The notes: generated by a model from the sequence alone, not told the origin. Shown: positions 26,160 through 34,320, counted from the first letter of the stretch. The stretch is 34,612 nt of DNA from a virus (IMGVR_UViG_3300047477_000152:1-34612), one strand, 5' to 3'. A program made the numbers and translations.

Positions 26160-26581
26160 TTCAACAGTTCCTCCGGGGTATCGACTTCGTCGCCAAGCTT
26201 TGCAGCACAGAAGCAGCGCATGGCAGCGATGAGCGGGGTGGGGCCGTACTGTACGCACGAGACGCCATTTTGTGAGTAGGCGGCGAAGCCGTCTCGGTCA
26301 GATGCTCGGCCCACTTGGATTGGGTGCCTTTCGATGATCGGCCCGCCAGCTTCCCAGCTTCCCGAAAAAGAGGGGCAGGGAGTGTGTTTGGTAGGGTTGT
26401 CCCAGTAAATTCTTGGCTTTGAGTCGCGGACTAGATCGGAATATGCCCGGTCGGCCTTGTCTTCCGGGTCGAGCCTGTCATAGCGCTGCTGCCCAGTGAC
26501 GACGGTCGCTTTGTAGCCCAAAGCCTTCGCCACCGCCCAATCCAGCGCAGCGCCGGTCAGTTCTTGTGTTTTTATTCTCAT
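26156..26581 (-). CDS. NinX/DUF2591-like phage protein
   Basis: ELTGAALDWAVAKA ... S.SW..GGPIIER ... GPTPLIAAMRC..AAKLGDEV..P signature. Confidence 0.85.
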   Translation of the reverse strand: MRIKTQELTGAALDWAVAKALGYKATVVTGQQRYDRLDPEDKADRAYSDLVRDSKPRIYWDNPTKHTPCPSFSGSWEAGGPIIERHPIQVGRASDRDGFAAYSQNGVSCVQYGPTPLIAAMRCFCAAKLGDEVDTPEELLK

Positions 26582-26844
26582 CGCTCAATCTCCAATGTCA
26601 TTTTGCTCAGATCCGCCCGACCGATCACAGGGCGGCTTCTCATTGCGTTCTTCAGGTAAGTGGTGGCGCTGCACGCCTCACCGTAGCAGTCGAACCCCAC
26701 GCAGACAGCGCCGGTCTTTGTCACAGCGATCACCAGCCAGTATTCGGTGCCGGGGCTCTTGCGCCCACCTTGGGCGGGGTAGATGTTGCCGGGCAGCACG
26801 TCAGCTTCTTGGATGGTGGCGAGCAGGGAGGGGTTGAGTTTCAT
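26578..26844 (-). CDS. Hypothetical phage protein
   Basis: In-operon ORF with ATGA overlaps. Confidence 0.7.
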   Translation of the reverse strand: MKLNPSLLATIQEADVLPGNIYPAQGGRKSPGTEYWLVIAVTKTGAVCVGFDCYGEACSATTYLKNAMRSRPVIGRADLSKMTLEIER

Positions 26845-27047
26845 TCGTCGTTCCCCTCAGGTTCGCCGTGATCCTCGGGGCGGCAGACTGCGCTGACGGT
26901 GTACGCGCCGTCCCCGCTCAGGACGCGGTCTTCGAGATTCGGGCTGACCTCAAGCCACCTGAAGTAGCCCTGGCACGTATCCAGGGCGATGTCCAGAATG
27001 TCGCCGAAGAAGTCTTCGGTCATGTTGAATTTCAGGGTGATTGTCAT
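26841..27047 (-). CDS. Small acidic hypothetical protein
   Basis: ATG overlaps the integrase stop. Confidence 0.55.
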   Translation of the reverse strand: MTITLKFNMTEDFFGDILDIALDTCQGYFRWLEVSPNLEDRVLSGDGAYTVSAVCRPEDHGEPEGNDE

Positions 27048-28024
27048 TTTCTCTTCTTTCCAGGCTCGACCAGGTCCGTCTTACGAGCCCTGATATAAGC
27101 CTCGGTCATAGTGATACTCTTGTGGCCGAGAAGTTTCTGTGCGGAAGCCGCGTCGTCCATGTCCGTGGCAACCATGCCGCGAAGGTCATGCTCCGTGAAC
27201 CGGTCGTTTCCAGCTGATACGAACGTCGCCATCAGTCGCCTCCAGATCGAGCCGAAACCCTGTGACGTGTACTGAGTGCCCGAGCGAGTTGGAAATAGCA
27301 GCGGCGATGATTTCGGCAAGCGACTTAAAATCTCCTGCAGTTCTGGAGTCAGCCGGATGCGGATCCGCTTTCCGGTAGAGTTCTTGGTTTTTTGAGGACA
27401 TAGGTGTATTCCTTGGTTGTCAATATCAACCCACTTGAGCGCGAGCATGTCTTGCTGGCGGGCACCAATCAGTGCTTTGAGATCCAGATAGGTCTGGAGC
27501 CACGCGGGGCACAGGCTCTTGAACGTCGCCAGTTCTGTCGAGGTGACGTACCGAGTACGGGGCCTCTCTCGCGCACGAAGCCCTGGAACTGCGCAAGGGT
27601 TATCCGTGCGTAAGCCCCACCTGATTGCGTAATTGAAGATGTGGGAAAGGAGCGCAATCTCACGGTTGCCTCTTGTCTTCGCTTCGCGGGCATCACGATA
27701 CGCAGCGACGTGTACTGCGGTGACCTGTGTGACGTGCATCTCTCCAAACGCCGTGCGAAGAAAGCGTAGTTCTTGGCGATTGTCCTTCTGCGTGCGCTCG
27801 GCTTTTCCCGGCACAACTTCGAGAAGGTATCGGTCAAAAAGCTCAGCCATGATCTCAGTTTGTGTCGGTGCGATGACAAGAGTCGACCATTTCGCCATTG
27901 CTTTGGCATAGTCACTGTCTAGCCTTTCCCATTTACCAGTTGCTTTGTGAACGAAGTAGTACGCCCCGTTGCGGTGATATACCCGCTCAGGTAAGTCTTT
28001 TCGTTTTGTTCTTGCGCGTCCCAT
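27044..28024 (-). CDS. int: Tyrosine recombinase / phage integrase
   Basis: N-terminal arm-binding-like LPERVY...GAYYF. Catalytic residues R (GARQQD), K (QKTK), HDLR, LGH, Y (TEAYIR). Confidence 0.95.
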   Translation of the reverse strand: MGRARTKRKDLPERVYHRNGAYYFVHKATGKWERLDSDYAKAMAKWSTLVIAPTQTEIMAELFDRYLLEVVPGKAERTQKDNRQELRFLRTAFGEMHVTQVTAVHVAAYRDAREAKTRGNREIALLSHIFNYAIRWGLRTDNPCAVPGLRARERPRTRYVTSTELATFKSLCPAWLQTYLDLKALIGARQQDMLALKWVDIDNQGIHLCPQKTKNSTGKRIRIRLTPELQEILSRLPKSSPLLFPTRSGTQYTSQGFGSIWRRLMATFVSAGNDRFTEHDLRGMVATDMDDAASAQKLLGHKSITMTEAYIRARKTDLVEPGKKRK

Positions 28025-28241
28025 TTTGCATGCCTCGTTGAAGATCTTTCAGAGCGAATAGGTTCGGCTCAGATTTTGTCAGAGTCTTGGGCGAGCTAAT
28101 TAGCGCTGCGCGTAATACGCGCGGCCAGTCGTCTGCGCCAATAAGGAGAACGGGCACCCCGTATTCGCGCAATATCTTCAAGACAAGTGAGGGACGACGA
28201 TACCCCGTCAACTCGCAGAGTTCGTCTTTTGACAGAATCAT
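27987..28241 (-). CDS. xis: DUF4224-like excisionase / recombination directionality factor
   Basis: LS.DEL.ELTGY.RPS.....L...GVP.......PRV.R ... EPN..AL; overlaps the 5' end of int. Confidence 0.8.
   Translation of the reverse strand: MILSKDELCELTGYRRPSLVLKILREYGVPVLLIGADDWPRVLRAALISSPKTLTKSEPNLFALKDLQRGMQNGTRKNKTKRLT
28045..28096. promoter_or_regulatory. Tripartite operator-like motif, copy C, inside xis just upstream of int
   Basis: TCTTTCAGA-N11-CGGCTCAGA-N3-TGTCAGAG. 28075-28096 matches 31423-31444 at 19/22 positions. Confidence 0.55.
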
Positions 28242-28642
28242 TTCTTCGGGGTAATTACGACAAAGAATTTGTCAAATTCAATTTCGATAGCGCCGTCTTC
28301 GCGCTCAGCTATCACCACGCCTTGTTTTTTCAATAAATTCGGCGACGGGATAGGTGTAGTGGGTCTAGCATCAACCTTCTTATCCCAGATGTACGCGTAC
28401 TTGGCAAACGAGTTGCCGTCCTTCGGTGCGGGGAAACGAGTGAGTAACCCTCGTCGCCACATAAACCCAAGGTTGTCAGACACTTTGTTGGTGGCTACGG
28501 TCATTTCACCGTAAGTTTCCAAGGCACATGCCCTGACCTCCTGGATGTCCATAAGGTTCACGCATGTCATGGCGTATGGTGCCGCCCTCAAGTGCTTTTC
28601 CAGCACGTTGTAAATCTCTTTAGTAGATCGAATACCTTTCAT
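28238..28642 (-). CDS. Hypothetical protein, possible winged-helix regulator
   Basis: IY..LEK.L......T...L ... VSD.LG.MWRRGLL.R.P ... YAY pattern; upstream of xis-int. Confidence 0.65.
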   Translation of the reverse strand: MKGIRSTKEIYNVLEKHLRAAPYAMTCVNLMDIQEVRACALETYGEMTVATNKVSDNLGFMWRRGLLTRFPAPKDGNSFAKYAYIWDKKVDARPTTPIPSPNLLKKQGVVIAEREDGAIEIEFDKFFVVITPKK

Positions 28643-28669
28643 CCCATTCCCCTTTTCCCGCCGCCGCCT

Positions 28670-28798
28670 TTAGCTCTGTTTCTTCGATGCACGCTTGGCC
28701 AACCCATGTAGCAGAAAACCAATCAGAACAACAGAAGACAGTAAGCTGTAGGAAAGACCCGCGACACGAGTCGCAGTCACCAAGGCTCGGATCATCAT
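28670..28798 (-). CDS. Small single-TM protein (42 aa, absent from the ORF track)
   Basis: MMIRALVTATRVAGLSYSLLSSVVLIGFLLHGLAKRASKKQS*. Its ATG overlaps the TGA of the upstream gene and it fills the gap. Confidence 0.55.
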   Translation of the reverse strand: MMIRALVTATRVAGLSYSLLSSVVLIGFLLHGLAKRASKKQS

Positions 28799-29199
28799 CA
28801 CCTCATTGTTGTCCGCTCAAGCCATGAAGCGATGGACTTGCGGTCTAACAGCCTCTGAGTGTACTCAGAAGCAGCCAGCTCCGCACCCCATTCATCAGGA
28901 TTAAGCAGTAGGACGCCACCGGTCGGGCAGCCTATAACCACTGCTACCGCCCGACCTTCTTTGTACCTACCGTTGAGCCACTCTGCCTGTAAAGGGCTGA
29001 GCAGTTCAGCGGGCCGCACTCTCCCACGTTGTGGCACACGCGGAAGAAACTTGTACTCCACCCACAGATCCTTTGAACCGGAATACCACACATCAGGCAC
29101 ACCCCCAAGATAGGGGTTGTTGTTCTTCATGTGATAGACCGTCTTGGGTAAATGTTTGTGAATCGAGTGAATAAAGGTGGTCTCAGGCTTGACGGACAT
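28798..29199 (-). CDS. VRR-NUC-like PD-(D/E)xK nuclease (possible resolvase)
   Basis: PE..F, GVPD, WVEYK, LSPLQ.EWL, G..V.V motifs. Confidence 0.85.
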   Translation of the reverse strand: MSVKPETTFIHSIHKHLPKTVYHMKNNNPYLGGVPDVWYSGSKDLWVEYKFLPRVPQRGRVRPAELLSPLQAEWLNGRYKEGRAVAVVIGCPTGGVLLLNPDEWGAELAASEYTQRLLDRKSIASWLERTTMR

Positions 29200-29584
29200 A
29201 TTGTTCGCACGCCTTATCTTCGAAGGAGAGAATGTCGCGAAGGTTATAGAACTGCCACGGTGCGTTGAGACCGAGGCGCCTATAAGCTGTGTCCAGAACA
29301 GCTGCGTGATGTAAACCCATGTTCATCAGGACGTGTGTGTCTTCCCAAGAGAACGCGTTTTGCAAATCCAACAATGCCTCGCGCAGGGGGACGGCAATCG
29401 CCTCTTCACCCCCGTCCTTCCAAGTGCATAAACTGCGCCCGTCAACGGTTAAACCGAGCGCGAGACATGAGTCGATGTCTACTACCCGTTCGAACTCATC
29501 CTCGTTTGCGCCGCTTGCTGTTATAGACCTGATTACTGCGTCCGCCCCATTACCTAAAGTAGTGATACTCACGGTGATAGTCAA
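29183..29584 (-). CDS. Degenerate DEDDh 3'-5' exonuclease-like protein (probably inactive)
   Basis: Framework TLG...DAVI.SI, F.R.VD..S....G..VD..SL.TW, L.EAL, L..AY...G...PW.FYN.RD is present, but the acidic catalytic residues and the C-terminus are missing. TTG start with GGAG RBS. Confidence 0.55.
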   Translation of the reverse strand: MTITVSITTLGNGADAVIRSITASGANEDEFERVVDIDSCLALGLTVDGRSLCTWKDGGEEAIAVPLREALLDLQNAFSWEDTHVLMNMGLHHAAVLDTAYRRLGLNAPWQFYNLRDILSFEDKACEQYVRQA

Positions 29585-29637
29585 AATAGCTCTCCAAAAG
29601 TTTTGATGAGGGAATAGGACTCTGGTCTATGAGGGTG

Positions 29638-29682
29638 GGTTGATTCAGGCCAAAGTCGCATGAACGTTGACCTGAATCAACC
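29638..29682 (-). other. Long intergenic hairpin / inverted repeat
   Basis: GGTTGATTCAGG (29638-29649) pairs with CCTGAATCAACC (29671-29682), extended inward by a G-U pair and CAA/TTG on the minus-strand RNA. No U tract. Confidence 0.7.
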
Positions 29683-29691
29683 AGGCCGCAG

Positions 29692-29931
29692 TTACGCGGG
29701 GGCAGCGGTGAGTTCGGCCAACTTGTCGTCCAGGGACTTCAATTCTTTTGCCCGCGCGGAAGATGCCTTTTCATTGGCCTTGTAGGCGGCGTCGTAAGTC
29801 TTCATGACGGTTTTGAATTCGCCTTGCGCAGCCTTGTCTTGGCCTTTGAGATCTTTGATCTTGGCCTTGGTCTCTGCGATCAGGGTTTTCTTTTCAGCTG
29901 CGGTCAGAATGACGGACTTGGTACGTGCCAT
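29692..29931 (-). CDS. Small basic K/A-rich coiled-coil protein
   Basis: AAGGAG RBS; histone-like composition. Confidence 0.75.
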   Translation of the reverse strand: MARTKSVILTAAEKKTLIAETKAKIKDLKGQDKAAQGEFKTVMKTYDAAYKANEKASSARAKELKSLDDKLAELTAAPA

Positions 29932-29938
29932 GATGGTG

Positions 29939-30148
29939 TTACTCCTTGAGTTTGGAAATGAAAGATTGCCGATTAAAGTCGGCGGCTTTATTGGTCAATC
30001 GTTCGAGCACGTGTTTGCGCCGACGTGACGATTTCTCCAATTCGATTGCAGCAAGAACTTCTTCTTCCGTGAGCTGGTCGATCACGCTGACCAGATCACG
30101 GACTGATTTGAGCGCAAGCTGCATTTGCCACTCGCGCACTGCCATCAC
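29939..30148 (-). CDS. Small hypothetical protein
   Basis: LTEEEV.AA.ELE...RRR...L.RL pattern; overlaps the upstream stop. Confidence 0.7.
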   Translation of the reverse strand: MMAVREWQMQLALKSVRDLVSVIDQLTEEEVLAAIELEKSSRRRKHVLERLTNKAADFNRQSFISKLKE

Positions 30149-30939
30149 GCAGCCTTACGACCGCGTGCAGCGGGCTTCTGCAGTTGACCCTTGCCGCGAG
30201 CAGGCGCTGCTGCGGCTTCAGGCAACGAGCTGAAGTCCGGTTCCGTCAGCAAGCGCTGGCGGGCCTCTTCCTTGCGAGCGAAGGCCAGGGCGAGCTGGTC
30301 CTTGTCGCAGGGCTGAGGATCTCCAAAGCGCACGCTCGGGTAGTCGAGGTTGGGGTCCAGCGTGATCTCAGTCACCACGCCGTAGCTCGGGCGATTGAAC
30401 GTCCGGGCCACTTGCGCCACGTAGCTGTCAAAGTTCTTGATAGCTGTGGCGCTGACCTTGAGCAGCATCAGTGGTGAGTTGAGGTCGCCGTCGGGCTCAA
30501 TCAGGGCGATGAGCTTGCTGTTCCCACAAGCCTTGCCGTTGCCGTTGCCGGACTTCCATTGATTCGCCCAGCACGCCGTGCAGGTGTCGCACTGCTTGTC
30601 CTTGCTGTTTTCCGAAGGCTCCATGCCGGTTGGCTCAAGACCAATGGCGAAGCACTCAGGGGCTTCAATGTGGTTGGGGTTGTAGGTGCTCTTGTAGTAA
30701 GCGTTGAAGCTCACGAAGTCCACGATGATTCCGCGCAGAGTGTCTGCGGTATCGCCGTTGGGAAGCTCGAAGCCTTTCTTGGTCGGCTTGATCCGGTCGC
30801 CGCCAGGAGCTGAGAGACGTTCCTTGAAAGACGCCATTTCCTTGGCCATCTCATCCTGGATGTTGGCCGGCAGAGTGGGTTTGGCAACCGCAAGCGCGGT
30901 GCTGGTCTTCTTGGGTGCTGCAGTTTTGGCAGTTGCCAT
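30145..30939 (-). CDS. Putative ssDNA-binding/annealing replication protein with Cys cluster
   Basis: AYY...Y.P....PEC, C..C..CW.NQW.S..G.GKAC, LL.VSAT..KNF..Y, VVTEI..D....YP...F pattern; AGGAG RBS; near the polymerase. Confidence 0.6.
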   Translation of the reverse strand: MATAKTAAPKKTSTALAVAKPTLPANIQDEMAKEMASFKERLSAPGGDRIKPTKKGFELPNGDTADTLRGIIVDFVSFNAYYKSTYNPNHIEAPECFAIGLEPTGMEPSENSKDKQCDTCTACWANQWKSGNGNGKACGNSKLIALIEPDGDLNSPLMLLKVSATAIKNFDSYVAQVARTFNRPSYGVVTEITLDPNLDYPSVRFGDPQPCDKDQLALAFARKEEARQRLLTEPDFSSLPEAAAAPARGKGQLQKPAARGRKAA

Positions 30940-30950
30940 GAGATTCTCCT

Positions 30951-31352
30951 TCAGGGTTTGACAGAGGGTTTGAGCGCACGAAGATTCAGGCGCTTTTTGC
31001 TGAATGCTTCGAGACCGGGGATCTCGCTGCGCTTCATTTCCATTACCTCGCGAGCGGCAGGGTCAGAGATGCGGCGCTGCATGAGGTGGTAGTTCTTGGT
31101 GCGTGACATCCAGGCAAAGAACTTGGTGTCGTCCTTAATGCTGAAGCTCACGCTGGTTGACACGCTGGCTGTGGCTGTCTTGCCAGTGGCTTTGTCCGTG
31201 CCTTCCGCTTCAAGTCTCGCCATGAGGCGTTCTTCCAGCTCCTTGTAGGCATCCTCCTGCTCCTTGACCTTCTCTTCGAGGACGCGCTTGGCTTCGCGGA
31301 TCTTGTTGAGTTCGTCGATCAGTGAGCCGAGGGGTTTGACTGTGTCTTTCAT
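30951..31352 (-). CDS. Conserved replication-module coiled-coil protein
   Basis: N-terminal coiled coil, then G..AT.S.......I.D...F..W......L.QRRIS..A..E......PG pattern; AAAGGA RBS. Confidence 0.7.
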   Translation of the reverse strand: MKDTVKPLGSLIDELNKIREAKRVLEEKVKEQEDAYKELEERLMARLEAEGTDKATGKTATASVSTSVSFSIKDDTKFFAWMSRTKNYHLMQRRISDPAAREVMEMKRSEIPGLEAFSKKRLNLRALKPSVKP

Positions 31353-31378
31353 ACGTTTTGTCCTTTCTATTTTGACAA

Positions 31379-31407
31379 AGTGTACATTCCAATCTGACAG
31401 AGTGCAA
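31379..31407 (-). promoter_or_regulatory. Putative sigma70 promoter for the SSB/nuclease/xis-int gene run
   Basis: Minus strand TTGCAC (31407-31402), 17-bp spacer, TACACT (31384-31379), 26 bp before ATG 31352. Confidence 0.65.
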
Positions 31408-31444
31408 TGTCTTTCGTCAGAGTTTGTCAGAGACTCGGGCGAAC
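31393..31444. promoter_or_regulatory. Tripartite operator-like motif, copy B, overlapping the -35 element
   Basis: TCTGACAGA-N11-TTCGTCAGA-N3-TGTCAGAG; spans the promoter and the polymerase stop codon. Confidence 0.65.
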
Positions 31445-33363
31445 GAAACTCCCATGTCGGAGAGCATCTCGTAGGTCTCTTTCACGTACCACTGAAGATC
31501 CAGGTCTGGCGGGAGCTTGTTTCGCTCTGGCAGAGTCATCAGCAGCTTGGCCCCTTCGGTCTTCGGCACCTTGTTGCCGCTGCCCACGTAGGTGATGGCC
31601 GGCAGCTGCTCTGTGGTCATGTACCAGCGAGCCACGCGACCGAAAGGTGTGCCGCCATAGCCTTCTTCGACGGCTGGCGGGCGACTCTTACGTTTGACTG
31701 GCGCCCGCTCTTTTCCTGCCCAGGCGGCACGCACCCATTGTCGGTCTTCGATCTGATCCCAGTCGTCGACCATGTGGGTTTTGAGGTGCTGTACGCCTCC
31801 ACCAGATACGCCGCGGACAGTCACGAAGTCACGTACGTCTTTCTGCTTCTTGATGAACACCTCGGGCTTCGTGCCGTCGATCAGGAACTGACGAGCCGCC
31901 TTGCTGCACACTTCCATCGTCGGGTTCTTCTGCAGGCCACATTCAGCGTAGAGGCCTTTGGACTTCACCTTGCCGTCGAGTGTGATAGCCAGGTAATTGT
32001 TCACATCCTTCATGGCAATACAGCGGTACGGTGTTTCTTCGTACTCGAACTTGGTGCGATGGCTGTTTGAAGAGAACACCTTGAGCACGCGTTCGCGGTT
32101 GGTCGGGCTGTGCTGCACGCAGATGCCGTCTGTATTGGCCGAGAGAACTTCCACACCCTTGATGCGCGTCAGTTCGTCGATCAAGCAGAGCAGGTTCAGC
32201 TGACCCGTGATCGTCACGGCCAACATTAAGTCCGGGCTGTAGAAGCTGGAGTAGATGCTACCCAGCTTGCCGAACGTACCGTTCAAGGCAATCTTTAGCG
32301 TGTTGGCGACCTTCTTGTTTCCATCGCGCTTGGCTTGTAGGCGCTCTTGGTATAAGTCCCGGTAGGTGTCGAGGAACGCTTGACCCTTGTTACCTGAGAT
32401 GCGTGGGATGTAGCCACACTGCAGGATCATCGTCGGGTAGTAGCTCCGCACGTCAAAGTCGCTGATGAGCACGGTCTCAGTTGATGCACGATATAACTTC
32501 ACGTCGTGGGTACTGTGAAGCCCACCAATACCGACTTTATAGCTACCTTCGCCAATCTTGAATTCTTCCTCCATCCATTCAGGTGCGATTGGGGAGCCGT
32601 TGGCGTAGTTGATCTTGAAGCTGTGAGCTTCAATGCGTTCGATCAATGCGAGCAGAGCGGGGTTCTTCGTCTTGATGAACGCTGGGGTGAAGTATTCAAC
32701 ATAGCTTGGCGCCACTGGCTTGCCGCTGATACCGGCCACCTTCTTGATGATTGCTTCCGCCACTTGCGCATCGGACTTACTGCGTAGATCCAGACCGTAT
32801 CGCTCACCTAGTTCAATGCGTAGTTCAAGTTCACCTTGCAACTGCTGACTGAGCGCGGCCGTGCCCCCTGTGTCGTTGTCGCAGTAGCTCTCAACCATGG
32901 GCAGCTGCTTGGGTGTGAGGTCCGTGTCGTGATGAACCGGCATGTCCACCAGCGTGGGGTAGTGCATGCGGCCCATGTAGGTCTTGAGGCTCGTCATGGT
33001 GCCCGGCGCTACTTCAATCCAGTCGACGTGGTCGAACTGCAGAGGTTCGATACCGGCGAATTTGTAGACCTCCCACGGTTGCATCTTCTCTTCGATGATC
33101 TTGGTGGCGATGATCTTCAGGTTCTCAGGATCATGACCCTGGACCGCCGCGGCTATGATGGGTGCGTCAAACTTTATACCGTTGAATGACTCCCAAGTGT
33201 ATTTGGGGTCGTCGAACATGGCCAGTAGTCGCTTCATGTCTCCGCGCTTATGCCACCAGAAACCGTGTCGTTCACCAGTCTTCTTGTTACGTGTGCGTAC
33301 TAGGAAGACGGGTTTCTTCAGGCCGATTAGTTCACAGTCGAATACAATGTGCTCTCGTTTCAC
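31417..33363 (-). CDS. Family B DNA polymerase with 3'-5' exonuclease
   Basis: ExoI FDCE, ExoII FNG..FD, ExoIII YC.ND; motif A DFDVRSYYP, motif B LKIALNGTFGK, motif C ANTDG. GTG start. Confidence 0.92.
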   Translation of the reverse strand: MKREHIVFDCELIGLKKPVFLVRTRNKKTGERHGFWWHKRGDMKRLLAMFDDPKYTWESFNGIKFDAPIIAAAVQGHDPENLKIIATKIIEEKMQPWEVYKFAGIEPLQFDHVDWIEVAPGTMTSLKTYMGRMHYPTLVDMPVHHDTDLTPKQLPMVESYCDNDTGGTAALSQQLQGELELRIELGERYGLDLRSKSDAQVAEAIIKKVAGISGKPVAPSYVEYFTPAFIKTKNPALLALIERIEAHSFKINYANGSPIAPEWMEEEFKIGEGSYKVGIGGLHSTHDVKLYRASTETVLISDFDVRSYYPTMILQCGYIPRISGNKGQAFLDTYRDLYQERLQAKRDGNKKVANTLKIALNGTFGKLGSIYSSFYSPDLMLAVTITGQLNLLCLIDELTRIKGVEVLSANTDGICVQHSPTNRERVLKVFSSNSHRTKFEYEETPYRCIAMKDVNNYLAITLDGKVKSKGLYAECGLQKNPTMEVCSKAARQFLIDGTKPEVFIKKQKDVRDFVTVRGVSGGGVQHLKTHMVDDWDQIEDRQWVRAAWAGKERAPVKRKSRPPAVEEGYGGTPFGRVARWYMTTEQLPAITYVGSGNKVPKTEGAKLLMTLPERNKLPPDLDLQWYVKETYEMLSDMGVSFARVSDKL

Positions 33364-33366
33364 AGT

Positions 33367-33564
33367 TTAAGCTCTCCGCAATAACCAAACGATTACCATA
33401 ACCGGCCAAGCAGCTAGCGCCACGGGCTGCATGAACCAAGCTAGGGGTGATGGGCAGCTATCAAACCAGCGCAGAATTGCGTGGTTGTTATCTACCGCTG
33501 TCAGGGCGACTACGCCTGCAAAGAAATAAGCAGCGAATGCTAAAACGACGCTTAGGAGGGGCAT
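33367..33564 (-). CDS. Small membrane protein
   Basis: Two hydrophobic segments; GGAG RBS. Confidence 0.6.
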   Translation of the reverse strand: MPLLSVVLAFAAYFFAGVVALTAVDNNHAILRWFDSCPSPLAWFMQPVALAAWPVMVIVWLLRRA

Positions 33565-34319
33565 TCGCTTTCTCCCTTCGCTGCGATTGCTGCGAGCACT
33601 GCGGCATCCAGACTTTCAGCAACAGAGTCGTCTCTCAACTGCCCAGCAGTTATGGTCGGCGCATCCATCTCGATATACATGACCCACTTCGCTTCCTTAT
33701 CCCCTGATCGTGACCAGCAAAGTTCTTTGCGAGCGAATTGCCAGCACGCCGCATCCTTGCGGTACGGCTCAATCGCCTCGGCAATGGCTGCGTCGAGTGC
33801 GGCTGTACCAGTCTGTTGAGTGTTAGGATGTAGCGGATCAGCACCAATGAACACAGCTTCTGGTGCTTCCGGCCACTCGCTGCGTATAGCGTCGAAACTC
33901 CCCTCGACCCAACAGCGCAGAAACTGATCTCCGCAATCGGTTTTTAGCGAAAACTTAATCGCCGCAACGGGAGCTATCGAGCCGTCCCTTGACTGCGCCT
34001 CAGCGAGCTTGGCTTTCAACCTAACACTCTTGGAACGTTGATCGTCTAGCTTCTGTTGCAGGTCTCGCTTAAATCCGCCAACGCTTTCGGAATATCTGCG
34101 CTCAGATTCAGCAAGTTTCTTGCGCGCGGTGATCAACTCAGATGACAGCTCTTTGGCAAACGCTTCAGAAATTGAGATTCGTCGCTGCGCCTCTTCCAGA
34201 TCAGCGGTCAGGGCAGGGACAGATCTCACAAAGGCTTCTGCCAGCTCAATACAGAAATGGCTTCTGGCGTGCTCGGCCATTGTTTTCAACTCGACGAGTT
34301 TTTCAGGTGTGAGTCTCAT
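33552..34319 (-). CDS. Ead/Ea22-like mosaic coiled-coil phage protein
   Basis: Start MRLTPEKL at 34319; VPAL.ADLE, FLRCW.EG.FDAIR.EWPEAP..VFIGADPL, RKDA..W...R and LDAA..AA modules. Confidence 0.7.
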   Translation of the reverse strand: MRLTPEKLVELKTMAEHARSHFCIELAEAFVRSVPALTADLEEAQRRISISEAFAKELSSELITARKKLAESERRYSESVGGFKRDLQQKLDDQRSKSVRLKAKLAEAQSRDGSIAPVAAIKFSLKTDCGDQFLRCWVEGSFDAIRSEWPEAPEAVFIGADPLHPNTQQTGTAALDAAIAEAIEPYRKDAACWQFARKELCWSRSGDKEAKWVMYIEMDAPTITAGQLRDDSVAESLDAAVLAAIAAKGESECPS

Positions 34320-34320
34320 T

